Source: Nitrospirae bacterium JdFR-86
GTDB taxonomy: Bacteria > Nitrospirota > Thermodesulfovibrionia > Thermodesulfovibrionales > JdFR-86
Reading direction: 5' to 3'
Assembly (NCBI GenBank): GCA_002011815.1
Contig: MTOV01000017.1
Location: forward strand, 10,640-74,639
Length of the DNA: 64,000 bases
A program made the position numbers and the translations under genes. Below are positions 25,713-35,328 of the stretch, piece after piece. Every line of letters begins with the position of its first letter. Position 1 is the stretch's first letter. Under the pieces are notes generated by a model. That model had not been told where the DNA came from, searched no databases, and was given only the letters and a program-made list of their open reading frames with translations.

Positions 25713-27233
25713 ATGGAAAAAAGAACACTCATTGCAATAGTTCTTTCGATACTTGTCTTAATCGTATATCAGTATCTTTTTCTGAAGCCTGCTCAGAAAC
25801 GGCTTCCAGCCAAGCAGCCGAAGCCGCCTGAGGTGGTCGAACACGCCAAGCCCGCTGCTCCTCCCGCGCCGGTGGTCGTAAAACCTACACCTGCAACCGA
25901 AACAGAAAGACTCATAAAGGTGGAAACAGAACTCTATATCGCCACTTTCACATCAAAAGGCGGAACTGTAAAAACATGGCAGTTGAAAAAATACACAGAC
26001 AATGACGGGCTGAAAATCCCCCTGCTTAAGGAAGACGGGCTTTACCCTGCACTCGGCATAGGCTGGAACAACGATTTTACACTCTCAGAGGCAAACTTCA
26101 ACGTAATAGGCAACGACCTTAAACTGGACAGTAATAATAAAACAGGCTCCATTGTCTTTGAATACGTGACTCCCCAATACTCTATAAGAAGAACATACAC
26201 ATTCTATTTCGATAAATACAAATTCGACCTTAAAGACGAAATAAGCGGTCTGCCGCAATACGAAATAACCCTCGGCGGAGATTTCGGAATATTTTCAAAA
26301 AAAGAGCCTGTGCATGTCGGACCTGTGATTCTCAAGGACACAGACAGAATAGAACTGAAGCCTAAAAAACTCAAAGAGACCAGACTCTACACCGGCAACC
26401 TCAAATGGATTGCACAGGAGGATAAATACTTCTGTGCCGCAATCGTCCCGATTACACCTATAGAAAGCGCAAAGGCGTGGAAATTCCAAGACTCTGCGTC
26501 TGTCTCTTTTATAGGCAAGCCCGGAGTCAACGAATTCATGGTGTATGCCGGGCCAAAGGAACACGACCGGCTCAAAAAACTCGGCGTGGGACTCGAACAC
26601 ATAGTAGACTTTGGTTTCTTCTCCATAATAGCAAGACCCCTTTTCTGGATACTTAAAAAATTCCACAGTGTTGTAGGCAACTACGGATGGGCTATAGTGC
26701 TCCTTACGATTGTCGTCAGAGTGCCGTTTATACCCATTGTAAACAAGGGACAAAGAGCAATGAAGCGTCTTCAGGAGCTTCAGCCGCGAATGCAGGAAAT
26801 CAGAGAAAAATACAAAAAAGACCCGCAGCGCATGCAGAAAGAAATGATGGAGCTTTACAGAAAACACAAGGTAAACCCGATGGGCGGATGCCTGCCAATA
26901 CTGCTTCAGATACCAGTGTTCTTTGCCCTGTATAAAGTCCTGCTTATAGCCATTGAATTAAGAGGTGCACCTTTCATGCTCTGGATAACCGACCTTTCGC
27001 AGAAAGACCCTTATTACATACTGCCCATCGTCATGGGTATAACAATGGTCATACAGCAGAAGATGACTCCGTCGGCAGGAGACCCAAAACAGCAGAAACT
27101 CATGATGTTCATGCCGGTGATATTCACATTCCTGTTCCTGAACTTTGCATCCGGACTCGTGCTCTACTGGCTTGTCAACAACCTGCTTTCCATCGCCCAG
27201 CAGATATACGTAAACAAAAAGAAAACGGCTTAG
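25713..27233 (+). CDS. yidC: Membrane protein insertase YidC
   Basis: N-terminal transmembrane helix, large periplasmic domain, and a conserved C-terminal 5-TM core (NYGWAIVLLTIVVR, GGCLPILLQIPVFFALY, ASGLVLYW). Confidence 0.9.
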   Translation: MEKRTLIAIVLSILVLIVYQYLFLKPAQKRLPAKQPKPPEVVEHAKPAAPPAPVVVKPTPATETERLIKVETELYIATFTSKGGTVKTWQLKKYTDNDGLKIPLLKEDGLYPALGIGWNNDFTLSEANFNVIGNDLKLDSNNKTGSIVFEYVTPQYSIRRTYTFYFDKYKFDLKDEISGLPQYEITLGGDFGIFSKKEPVHVGPVILKDTDRIELKPKKLKETRLYTGNLKWIAQEDKYFCAAIVPITPIESAKAWKFQDSASVSFIGKPGVNEFMVYAGPKEHDRLKKLGVGLEHIVDFGFFSIIARPLFWILKKFHSVVGNYGWAIVLLTIVVRVPFIPIVNKGQRAMKRLQELQPRMQEIREKYKKDPQRMQKEMMELYRKHKVNPMGGCLPILLQIPVFFALYKVLLIAIELRGAPFMLWITDLSQKDPYYILPIVMGITMVIQQKMTPSAGDPKQQKLMMFMPVIFTFLFLNFASGLVLYWLVNNLLSIAQQIYVNKKKTA

Positions 27234-27234
27234 A

Positions 27235-28197
27235 CTAAAGCCTCAGCTTGGCTGCAATCCTTATAGCCTCGAGCATACTTGAGGGTTTTGCCAGCCCCTT
27301 CCATGCAATGTCATATGCAGTGCCGTGGTCAGGGGATGTCCTTATTATGGGCAGACCTACCGTAACATTAACTCCGGTGTCGAATGCCAAAAGCTTGATG
27401 GGGATTAGGCCTTGGTCATGATACATTGAGACTACTATGTCGAACTCTCCCCTGTATGCCCTCCAGAAGACAGTATCAGGCGGATACGGACCTGTAACCG
27501 GAATGCCCTGCTTCTTTGCCTCCTTCACAGCCGGAGCAATAATCCTTTCTTCCTCATCACCGAAAAGCCCGCTCTCCCCTGCATGAGGATTTAAACCGCA
27601 AACCGCTATCTTAGGCTTGCTGATTGAAAGCATATCGCAGGCTCGCAATGCCAGTCTGATGGTCTTAAGCACTGCCTCTTTGCTTATAAGCGAAGGCACA
27701 TCCCTCAGAGCCTTGTGTATGGTAACGAGTATGACCTTCAATGAGCCTCCCATGAGCATCATTGCGTAATCCTTTGTGCCTGTAAGTTCTGCAAGCATCT
27801 CAGTATGCCCCTGCCATGGAAAACCTGCCATCTTAAAGGCTTCCTTTGATATAGGCGCGGTTACTATTGCATCGACCTCACCCTTCAGTGCAAGCTCAAC
27901 TGCTTTTTTTATGGCACTGGCAGATGCCCTGCCGCCTGCCTCAGTCGGTGCGCCCTTTTTATAATCGCCTGCTGGGCCTGTGTCCACCACCTGTATGGCA
28001 TCAGGCTCACCGGCTTTGCCCAACTTCATCGGAAGCTCAAAGGCACGCAGTGCTTCCTCGATAACAGCCCTGTCTCCGACGACCAGAGGCATGCAGAACC
28101 ACCTTGCACCCTGGATTGCCTTCAGTGCAACCTCAGGGCCCACTCCTCCAGGCTCTCCCATAGTTATAGCGATTCTCTTCAAATCAGATGTGGTCAA
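27235..28197 (-). CDS. pdxA: 4-hydroxythreonine-4-phosphate dehydrogenase PdxA
   Basis: ITMGEPGGVGPEV, GHTEMLAE, GLNPHAGE and SPDHGTA motifs. Confidence 0.85.
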   Translation of the reverse strand: MTTSDLKRIAITMGEPGGVGPEVALKAIQGARWFCMPLVVGDRAVIEEALRAFELPMKLGKAGEPDAIQVVDTGPAGDYKKGAPTEAGGRASASAIKKAVELALKGEVDAIVTAPISKEAFKMAGFPWQGHTEMLAELTGTKDYAMMLMGGSLKVILVTIHKALRDVPSLISKEAVLKTIRLALRACDMLSISKPKIAVCGLNPHAGESGLFGDEEERIIAPAVKEAKKQGIPVTGPYPPDTVFWRAYRGEFDIVVSMYHDQGLIPIKLLAFDTGVNVTVGLPIIRTSPDHGTAYDIAWKGLAKPSSMLEAIRIAAKLRL

Positions 28198-30151
28198 GAA
28201 TCTCCCTTACCCTCCCTAAAAGCTCCTTAGGTGAAACAGGCTTTGAGACAAAGCTCAACCCTTCTCTAATTATCCCCTTTTCATACATGACTTCACCCGT
28301 ATAGCCACTCATAAAAAGCACCTTAATCTTAGGTTTTATCTTTGCTATCTCGTCATAGACTTTTTTACCGTCTTTTTTTGGAATAACTATATCAGAAAGT
28401 AGAAGCTGGATGTCATCCTTATTTTCCATAAATTTTCTCACAGCGTCTTCACCATCCACTGCCTCTATGACCGTGTAACCGGATTTTTCAAGCAGAGTCT
28501 TTATAAGTCTTCTTACCTCAGCATCATCTTCTGCCAGAAGAACCGTCTCTGTGCCCTTTTTAAGAGGTGAAACAGATGATGTGCGAAGTTTTTTGACCTC
28601 TGTATTAACTATCGGCAGATATACCCTGAATGTTGTGCCTTTGCCCGGCTTGCTCTGGACATCGATGTAACCGTTATGCATCTTGACTGTTCCATAAACC
28701 ATCGAAAGGCCAAGACCTGTGCCTTTGCCTACATCCTTCGTTGTAAAGAACGGCTCGAATATCTTCTCCTTCGTCTTTTTGTCCATGCCTGTGCCGGTAT
28801 CCGAGACAGAAAGAACAGCATACACTCCTGGTTTGCCATACCCGCGAGTCCTGACAAAATCACTATCAATTTCTCTGCGTTCAGTGCTGATGATTAAATC
28901 TCCACCATCAGGCATTGCATCCACTGCATTCGTTACAAGATTCATCAAGACCTGCTCTATCTGATTGGTATCCACCATTACAGGCAATACTTCATCTGCA
29001 AGCAATATTCTTAATTCGATATTTTCACTTATAAACCTCAACAGCAGTCTCTCTACTTTTCTTATAATTTCATTCAGGTCTGTCTGCCTGAGATGAACCG
29101 CCTGCTTTCTGCTGTATGCAAGCAGGCCCTGTGTCAGGCCAGCTGCTCTTTTTGCTGAAGCCTGTATCATATCCACATAAGCCCTTAATGGACTACCTTC
29201 TTCTATTGCATCCTGCAGGAACTCGCCGTAGCCTATAATCGCCGTGAGAATATTGTTGAATTCATGGGAGATTCCACCGGTCAGCGTGCCTATAACCTCC
29301 ATCTTCTGGGCATGACGAAGCTGCTCCTCAAGGCTTTTGCGTTCGGTAATGTCCAGCAGAGTCCCTATAACAGCAGGACGCTCCTGATACATTATCCGTG
29401 AACCGTAAACCTCTAAATGGACAACATCTCCGTTCTTCTTCACACCTCTGAAACTGTAATGTATGGATTTGCTTTTTCCGGAAAGCCGCTTCTGTATGTT
29501 TTGCCTGACAATTGCCCTGTCCTCCGGCAGGGTCACGTCCTCAGGACCCTTCTTGTTTATCAGCTCCTTAACTTTATAGCCGAATATCTCAGCCATTCTC
29601 GGATTTACATACTTGAATACATTGTCCTGTATAAGATAAATACCGGCTAATGATTTTTCCGCCAGACTCCTGAACTTGTTCTCGGATTCTTTAAGCGCTT
29701 CCTCTGCCCGCTTATACTCTGTGACATCCCTGATGACTTCAATACCAGCTATTATCTTCCCTGCCGAATCCCTCAAAGGGGAAGAAGTCAGTTCAAAGTG
29801 CATTACCCCTTTATCAGTAGAGAAAGTTTTTTCAGCTTTATGAATCCCGCCGTCTTTAAAAGACATGACAACAGGACACCGCTTACAGACATTTTTCTTC
29901 CGCTGATATGCGGTATAACAATACTCACCTGTATGGTCTCCAACCCAGTCTTTCAGCACCTGATTCTGATATAGAATCTTGAAATTAGTATCCTGAATGC
30001 TGATACCGCTTCCTATGGCTGCAATAATCGCCTCTGACCTGTTTTTCTCTGCCCGGTGTTCTGCCTCGGATGCTTCAAGCTCGGCAACCCTCCGGCGAAG
30101 TTCCACCAGCTCTTCTATGAGCTGCTCTTTCGTCTTATCAGCATCTTTCAT
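28184..30151 (-). CDS. Hybrid sensor histidine kinase (2 PAS, HisKA, HATPase, C-terminal receiver)
   Basis: H-box [15 protein letters not shown]-box [11 protein letters not shown]. Receiver [12 protein letters not shown] and [13 protein letters not shown]. The first PAS is Cys-rich (CYTAY..CKRCPV). Start set to the first ATG (30151); the track start 30181 is a TTG. Confidence 0.85.
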   Translation of the reverse strand: MKDADKTKEQLIEELVELRRRVAELEASEAEHRAEKNRSEAIIAAIGSGISIQDTNFKILYQNQVLKDWVGDHTGEYCYTAYQRKKNVCKRCPVVMSFKDGGIHKAEKTFSTDKGVMHFELTSSPLRDSAGKIIAGIEVIRDVTEYKRAEEALKESENKFRSLAEKSLAGIYLIQDNVFKYVNPRMAEIFGYKVKELINKKGPEDVTLPEDRAIVRQNIQKRLSGKSKSIHYSFRGVKKNGDVVHLEVYGSRIMYQERPAVIGTLLDITERKSLEEQLRHAQKMEVIGTLTGGISHEFNNILTAIIGYGEFLQDAIEEGSPLRAYVDMIQASAKRAAGLTQGLLAYSRKQAVHLRQTDLNEIIRKVERLLLRFISENIELRILLADEVLPVMVDTNQIEQVLMNLVTNAVDAMPDGGDLIISTERREIDSDFVRTRGYGKPGVYAVLSVSDTGTGMDKKTKEKIFEPFFTTKDVGKGTGLGLSMVYGTVKMHNGYIDVQSKPGKGTTFRVYLPIVNTEVKKLRTSSVSPLKKGTETVLLAEDDAEVRRLIKTLLEKSGYTVIEAVDGEDAVRKFMENKDDIQLLLSDIVIPKKDGKKVYDEIAKIKPKIKVLFMSGYTGEVMYEKGIIREGLSFVSKPVSPKELLGRVREILDHI

Positions 30152-30224
30152 TTTTTTAAGACCTTGAAGGGGAAATCCCAAGGCTAACGCATTTTAAAAC
30201 CCTGGCATGAAAGAATCAAGGGAT

Positions 30225-31733
30225 TTATCTCCCTGCTATCTTCAGTTTTTTGGCACTGCGCAGTCTTTCATTCTCAAAGGCGAGCCTGAAGACTATGTAA
30301 TACTTGTTGATATTGCTTACATACTGGACGGTTTCCTGTCCGATGAGCCTGAGGGCAGCTATCTCCACATTCCTGAACCACCGGTTGGGGTCAAGCCCCA
30401 TCTCTTTAGCCAGTTTTCTTGCCTTTTTAATCTTTGTGGGTCCTGCATTGTATGCCGCAAGGGCAAAGCGGACCCTGTCCCTTTCCCGCATACCTGCATC
30501 GCTAAAATACCGGTCTCTAAGAAGTGCAAGATACTTGACGCCTGCATGAATGTTGTTTTCAAGAAGATGCACGTCTTTTATGCCGATTCTCTTGTCTCTG
30601 GCTGTAGCAGGCAGAACCTGCATGATCCCAACGGCACCTGTATGGCTCTTCTTATTATTGTCAAGTCCTGACTCCTGAAAAGCCTGAGCCATAATGAGTA
30701 TCCAGTCAAATCCATATTGAGACGCATACTTCTGAAAAAGCTCTATATACCGGCGGTGCTTTTCAAGCTCCTCTGGCGTAACAGGGTTTTTTATCCACTT
30801 GTTGTCCTTAAAATATCGATTGAAATAGATGTTGCCAAGGAGTGTGCCCTTACGATGCCCCTTTATAAACTCGTTCAGACTGGCCTTAAGCTTGGGATTT
30901 TCTTTTCTTACCATCCATGCAATCCGCCCGCCTGTCCGCACTTTCAGGTGCTCATGCACCTTTAAGTTTTCAAAAACCCCTGACCAAATCCTTGCGATAT
31001 GACTGTCAGATACGGTTATCTCAATTGCACCGGAGTTTACCATCTCGAGAATGTCCTCTGTCTCAAGGGTCTCATCCGCCTTTACGATCTCCACAGGTTT
31101 CAGGCCTTTCTGCGAAAGCTCATCATTTAAGGCAAGAAGACTTTCATAATAGCTGCTGCTTTCCCTCACGAATACCTTGCGGCCGGACAGGTCATCAAGG
31201 CTTTCAAGCCCCTGCACACTCTTGTTGGTTACAATCACCTCATCAACTCCGGTCAAGTAAGGCTCGGTGAAATCCACTTTCTTGAGTCTTTCAGGGGTAA
31301 TTGTAAGTCCTGCGGCAGCGATATCACCCTGTCCTTCCACCAGTGCAGGTATAAGCATATCGCGGGAGACAGGAATAAAATCAAGAACGACCTTGAGGTC
31401 ACGCCCCTTAATCTTCCTGTTTAAAAACTTTTCGTATTCTTTTAAAAGTGAGTATTCAAAACCGTAAAGCCTGCTGTTGGCGATGAAAAAGTTCGTCTTG
31501 TTGAAGGTCGTAAGAACCCGTATGTACCGCCTTTTCAGCAGACCGTCCAGGTCGTCAGTGTATTTTTTCTCAAGATGCGAAGCTAAAGGATGAAACAGCG
31601 CTGTTGGATCAATACCGGCCTTCTTCTCTTCCTTATTGGAATCGGCTTTCTGCCCTTCACCACAGGAGACAATTAAAGCAAAAGCAAGCACCAAAGTAAA
31701 AGCCTTTACCAGCCCATTTTGATGCCGCTTCAT
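30225..31733 (-). CDS. MltF-like lytic transglycosylase lipoprotein (solute-binding-like domain + SLT domain)
   Basis: Start set to ATG 31733 (GGAGGGGGG upstream), which gives the lipoprotein signal MKRHQNGLVKAFTLVLAFALIVSC. SLT catalytic motif QESGLDNNKKSHTGAVGIMQV. Confidence 0.8.
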   Translation of the reverse strand: MKRHQNGLVKAFTLVLAFALIVSCGEGQKADSNKEEKKAGIDPTALFHPLASHLEKKYTDDLDGLLKRRYIRVLTTFNKTNFFIANSRLYGFEYSLLKEYEKFLNRKIKGRDLKVVLDFIPVSRDMLIPALVEGQGDIAAAGLTITPERLKKVDFTEPYLTGVDEVIVTNKSVQGLESLDDLSGRKVFVRESSSYYESLLALNDELSQKGLKPVEIVKADETLETEDILEMVNSGAIEITVSDSHIARIWSGVFENLKVHEHLKVRTGGRIAWMVRKENPKLKASLNEFIKGHRKGTLLGNIYFNRYFKDNKWIKNPVTPEELEKHRRYIELFQKYASQYGFDWILIMAQAFQESGLDNNKKSHTGAVGIMQVLPATARDKRIGIKDVHLLENNIHAGVKYLALLRDRYFSDAGMRERDRVRFALAAYNAGPTKIKKARKLAKEMGLDPNRWFRNVEIAALRLIGQETVQYVSNINKYYIVFRLAFENERLRSAKKLKIAGR

Positions 31734-31891
31734 AATATTTACCCCCCTCCGGAGCACAACAGAACCAGATTTAAAGTATAATAACAACCTTATATTGACT
31801 GACTCAAGAGGTCAATAACCAGAATAAACATCACTTTCTGTTATAATAAAGTTTCGAAACTTCAATATTATATAGGTGCGAGGTCTGGATT

Positions 31892-32074
31892 ATGGGACTG
31901 CTTAAAATAATCGAAAACTATTTTAAGCCGGAAGAAGGGAAAAACTTTATAGGAAAACTGGGCAGAAACGACCCGTGCTGGTGTGGAAGCGGGAAGAAAT
32001 ACAAGAAATGCCACCTGCCTGAAGACGAGAAAAAACAAAGGAAGAAATACACTATAAACTGTGGTCCGACTTGA
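31892..32074 (+). CDS. Small SEC-C-motif metal-binding protein
   Basis: 60 aa with [13 protein letters not shown] (SEC-C motif). An extended -10 (TGTTATAAT) lies about 45 nt upstream. The hairpin GAGCTGA-GTT-TCAGCTC (32088-32104) follows the stop. Confidence 0.65.
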   Translation: MGLLKIIENYFKPEEGKNFIGKLGRNDPCWCGSGKKYKKCHLPEDEKKQRKKYTINCGPT

Positions 32075-32110
32075 GGGACTTCTTTCTGAGCTGAGTTTCA
32101 GCTCTAGCCA

Positions 32111-32139
32111 TTGACCCTGTCCTGCCTTTAGTTTATCAT
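32111..32139 (+). promoter_or_regulatory. Sigma70-type promoter positioned to give a leaderless tyrS mRNA
   Basis: TTGACC (32111-32116), a 17-nt spacer, then TATCAT (32134-32139). The tyrS ATG at 32146 is exactly 7 nt after the -10 hexamer. No Shine-Dalgarno. Confidence 0.5.
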
Positions 32140-32145
32140 AACCTT

Positions 32146-33375
32146 ATGCTAAATCCTGAAAAACAGCTTGAAATCATAAAGAGAGGTTCGGCAGAGATAA
32201 TCCTTGAAAAGGAGCTTCTTCAGAAGCTCGAAAGGTCTTACAAGGAGAACAAACCCCTTAAGGTCAAGGCAGGGTTTGACCCCACTGCACCGGACATCCA
32301 CATCGGGCACACCGTGCTGCTTGAGAAGATGCGGCAATTTCAGGAACTCGGGCACGAAGTCATATTCCTCATAGGCGACTTCACCGGCATGATAGGCGAC
32401 CCGAGCGGAAAAAGCGAAATGCGCCCCCCTCTTACAGAAGCCGAAGTCCTTGAAAACGCAAAAACATACAAAGAGCAGATATTCAAAGTCCTCTCGCCTG
32501 ACAAAACACGCATAGTCTTTAACTCCGAGTGGATGAAAAAGATGACTCCGGAAGAGTTCATCAGGCTTACAAGCAGATACACAGTCGCAAGAATGCTCGA
32601 AAGGGAAGACTTCAAGCAGAGATTTTTAAATCAGAACCCTATCAGTATCCATGAGTTCATATACCCACTGATACAGGGCTATGATTCCGTAGTGCTCCAG
32701 GCTGATGTGGAACTCGGAGGTACAGACCAGAAGTTCAATCTTCTTGTGGGAAGAGAACTCCAGAAGGAGTACGGACAGGAGCCCCAGTGCCTTGTGCTTA
32801 TGCCTCTTCTTGAAGGACTCGACGGCGTTAAGAAGATGTCCAAAAGCCTTGGAAACTATGTGGGTATTACAGAGCCGCCGAAAGAGATGTTCGGAAAGCT
32901 TATGTCCATAACAGACGACCTTATGTTCAGATACTACGAACTCTTAAGCCGTATATCGCTTGATGAACTCAATGCACTTAAAGAAGGGATTAAAAACGGC
33001 TCTATGCATCCGAAAAAGGCAAAAGAAGACCTTGCCATGGAGATAGTGGAAAGATATTGGGGCAGGGAAGAGGCACTTAAGGCTAAAGAGGAATTTGACC
33101 ATATATTCAAACACAAAGGACTTCCTGAAGAAATTCCGGTGTTTGAACTTGAATGGGACGGTGAGGAGATGTGGATAGGAAGCATTATGAAGACCTCAGG
33201 GCTTACCTCAAGCACCGGCGAGGCTATGAGGCTTATAAAACAGGGTGGAGTAAGAGTGGATGACCAGAAACTTTCCAACCCTCAGACAAAACTCAAAAAG
33301 GGAAGCTATCTGCTCAGAGTAGGAAAGAGGAAATTCCTTAAGGTCGTGCCCAAAGACAATGATAAGCACAACTGA
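32146..33375 (+). CDS. tyrS: Tyrosine--tRNA ligase
   Basis: Class I HIGH (PDIHIGH) and KMSKS motifs. C-terminal S4-like RNA-binding domain ([16 protein letters not shown]). Confidence 0.9.
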   Translation: MLNPEKQLEIIKRGSAEIILEKELLQKLERSYKENKPLKVKAGFDPTAPDIHIGHTVLLEKMRQFQELGHEVIFLIGDFTGMIGDPSGKSEMRPPLTEAEVLENAKTYKEQIFKVLSPDKTRIVFNSEWMKKMTPEEFIRLTSRYTVARMLEREDFKQRFLNQNPISIHEFIYPLIQGYDSVVLQADVELGGTDQKFNLLVGRELQKEYGQEPQCLVLMPLLEGLDGVKKMSKSLGNYVGITEPPKEMFGKLMSITDDLMFRYYELLSRISLDELNALKEGIKNGSMHPKKAKEDLAMEIVERYWGREEALKAKEEFDHIFKHKGLPEEIPVFELEWDGEEMWIGSIMKTSGLTSSTGEAMRLIKQGGVRVDDQKLSNPQTKLKKGSYLLRVGKRKFLKVVPKDNDKHN

Positions 33376-34030
33376 GATATTTCTGCGTCTTATAATCGGA
33401 GCGGTCTTCGGCGGGGCAATAGGCTTTGAGCGCCAGGTGCACGGAAGACCTGCAGGCTTCAGAACACATATGCTCGTCTGCGTCGCCTCCGTGCTCATCA
33501 TGATAGTGTCGGAATACTTCTACTACCTGAGCTATTCAGACCCGTCTTTTATAAGGATTGACCCCGGCAGAATCGCTGCAGGCGCAATAACCGGTGTGGG
33601 TTTCTTAGGTGCAGGTGTAATTATAAAGACAGGAATCACAGTGCAGGGACTTACCACAGCGGCAAGCCTCTGGATGGTCTCAGCCATCGGGCTTTCCATC
33701 GGAAGCGGGCTGTATCTGGCTGGCACAGGAGCATTCGGTCTTACACTCTTTGCACTGATTATCCTTAGAGCACTCGAAAGAAAAATGACAGGGCTGACAT
33801 ACAGATCCTTCACAATTACTGCCAGAGAAGACCTTAAAGAAGAAGACATCATGTCCGTGCTGAATAAATACAGTCTGGAAGTCTACAACATAGACTATGA
33901 AAAAGACATTGTTAAAGAAGAGCTTACATACCGCATCACCGTCGCGTTCAAGACCCTGGTTCCGATAAGGGGGATACTTGATGAGCTTTCAGCCCTGACA
34001 GGAATAAGTAAAGTGGTCATAAAGAGTTAG
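33359..34030 (+). CDS. mgtC: MgtC/SapB family membrane protein
   Basis: [32 protein letters not shown] signature, four to five transmembrane helices, and a C-terminal ACT-like domain. Overlaps the tyrS end by 17 nt. Confidence 0.8.
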   Translation: MISTTEIFLRLIIGAVFGGAIGFERQVHGRPAGFRTHMLVCVASVLIMIVSEYFYYLSYSDPSFIRIDPGRIAAGAITGVGFLGAGVIIKTGITVQGLTTAASLWMVSAIGLSIGSGLYLAGTGAFGLTLFALIILRALERKMTGLTYRSFTITAREDLKEEDIMSVLNKYSLEVYNIDYEKDIVKEELTYRITVAFKTLVPIRGILDELSALTGISKVVIKS

Positions 34031-34362
34031 TGTTGATGTCCGCCTTCGGAATGCCCGCCGGCTATTATATAGACTGCCTCCTCTGACGAGTCATTCTCAA
34101 AAAAACATTCGCTCTCGCCCTTGATATGAAAAGCAGTACCTTCCTTAAGAATGCCGTTGAAACAGCCTGAGACCTTTATGTCTCCTTTAAGGGAAGCCAC
34201 AAGCTCTTCGTGTCCGCTTCCGGGCTTTATGAGTCTGCCCTTCTCCCCGGGCTTAAGAAAGCCGTAAATCATGTAGCAGGCATGGCTCTGGGTATCCTTA
34301 ACACCAAGGACATACTCACCGCCTGATGCCTTCGCCTTTTCTCTTATGTCAAATGTCTTCAT
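34027..34362 (-). CDS. Small cupin-like protein
   Basis: Beta-barrel-like pattern (GSGHEELVASLKGDIKV, GTAFHIKGE) with a His-rich C-terminus. Start set to ATG 34362 (GGAGG 7 nt upstream). Confidence 0.5.
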   Translation of the reverse strand: MKTFDIREKAKASGGEYVLGVKDTQSHACYMIYGFLKPGEKGRLIKPGSGHEELVASLKGDIKVSGCFNGILKEGTAFHIKGESECFFENDSSEEAVYIIAGGHSEGGHQH

Positions 34363-34612
34363 CTTCTGCCTCCAGCAGTTGCCATTCAGCATATCCTCTT
34401 TTTCTTTTGTTAACCTTCCTGCCCTTTAAGACGACTTTTTTGACCTTAGGATGGGTCTTTACAGCAGTATATGCCCGGAGGAGATTCGCAATCGTTGCCT
34501 CCTGAAATGTAAGCTCTGTGCCGTCCTGAAGAAATATCGTAGCCCTGAGGTGCACATGCCCTTCAGGAATCTCAACTATAACACCTTTTACATCCTCATT
34601 TCTTATATTCAT
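34349..34612 (-). CDS. Hypothetical protein (87 aa)
   Basis: ORF track. Operonic packing with its flanking small genes. No family recognised. Confidence 0.45.
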   Translation of the reverse strand: MNIRNEDVKGVIVEIPEGHVHLRATIFLQDGTELTFQEATIANLLRAYTAVKTHPKVKKVVLKGRKVNKRKRGYAEWQLLEAEDEDI

Positions 34613-34841
34613 TAAGATATCTTTTCAGTTCCTCCTTTTTAATCCTGCCCCGGAGTCTTCTGCCATCGCTGAATTCGATAACAGGTATCTCGAACCTGAA
34701 TTTCTCATAAATCTCATCATCCTCGGTTATCTCTATTCTGTTGATTTTAAGATTGTACTGAAGCTTAAGTCCGTTAAGGAGTTCCTCTGCATGGTCGCAG
34801 AGCCAGCAGCCTTCTTTTGCATAAAAAGTAATCTCTATCAT
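34596..34841 (-). CDS. Glutaredoxin/thioredoxin-fold small protein
   Basis: CWLC active-site-like motif near the N-terminus (ITFYAKEGCWLCDHAEELL). 81 aa. Confidence 0.6.
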   Translation of the reverse strand: MIEITFYAKEGCWLCDHAEELLNGLKLQYNLKINRIEITEDDEIYEKFRFEIPVIEFSDGRRLRGRIKKEELKRYLNEYKK

Positions 34842-34856
34842 AAGTCAGGATTTACG

Positions 34857-34923
34857 CAACAAAAAGGGCACAAACCTTTGATTCTAACCGAACGCTATAT
34901 TATATCAAAGGATCTGTGCCCCT
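34857..34923 (-). terminator. Long imperfect hairpin followed by a T-run (putative intrinsic terminator)
   Basis: Minus strand reads GGGGCACAGATCCTTTGA, a loop of about 23 nt, TCAAAGGTTTGTGCCCT, then TTTTTGTTG. It lies just after the stop of ORF 34930-35193. The loop contains TATAAT. Confidence 0.4.
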
Positions 34924-34929
34924 TGGCAC

Positions 34930-35193
34930 TCAGTAGCTTTTTCCGACACCGAGATCTATGCTCTTCTTCATAGTCTCGATTATTCTTGCCTCTGCCTCCT
35001 TCAGTGCCTGCTCTTTGTCATCAGGCACTTCGATTTCCCATGTGGTTTCATCCGCTCTGTTCATCTCTGTGAGTATAGCCCTGTGCAGGTTCTCTGTTGT
35101 GAAGTGGGGTATGCGGTCCTTCTTCGCCATCAGGCGCTCTTCCACCAACTTTAAATATTTTTCTCTGTATTCTGATACATCCAGCCTTGCCAT
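34930..35193 (-). CDS. Hypothetical protein (87 aa)
   Basis: ORF track. AAGGGGG Shine-Dalgarno upstream. No family recognised. Confidence 0.45.
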   Translation of the reverse strand: MARLDVSEYREKYLKLVEERLMAKKDRIPHFTTENLHRAILTEMNRADETTWEIEVPDDKEQALKEAEARIIETMKKSIDLGVGKSY

Positions 35194-35328
35194 ATTTTCC
35201 CCCTTTTGCTAAAAAAACGGCTGATATTCCCTTACCGAATGAATGCCCTCTGATCCCCCCTTTTTTATGGAGTCAGAAGCCTCACAACGAAGCTTCTAAT
35301 AATATCTTAGGGCAAAACAAGGGGGTTG

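Noticed and set aside
32075-32145. A T-box or other riboswitch upstream of tyrS. Likewise, a cobalamin riboswitch near cobA and an Mg riboswitch before mgtC.
   Set aside because: The tyrS upstream gap is only 71 nt and is filled by a hairpin and a promoter. cobA and mgtC have no leader space (mgtC overlaps tyrS). No conserved riboswitch cores were recognised.
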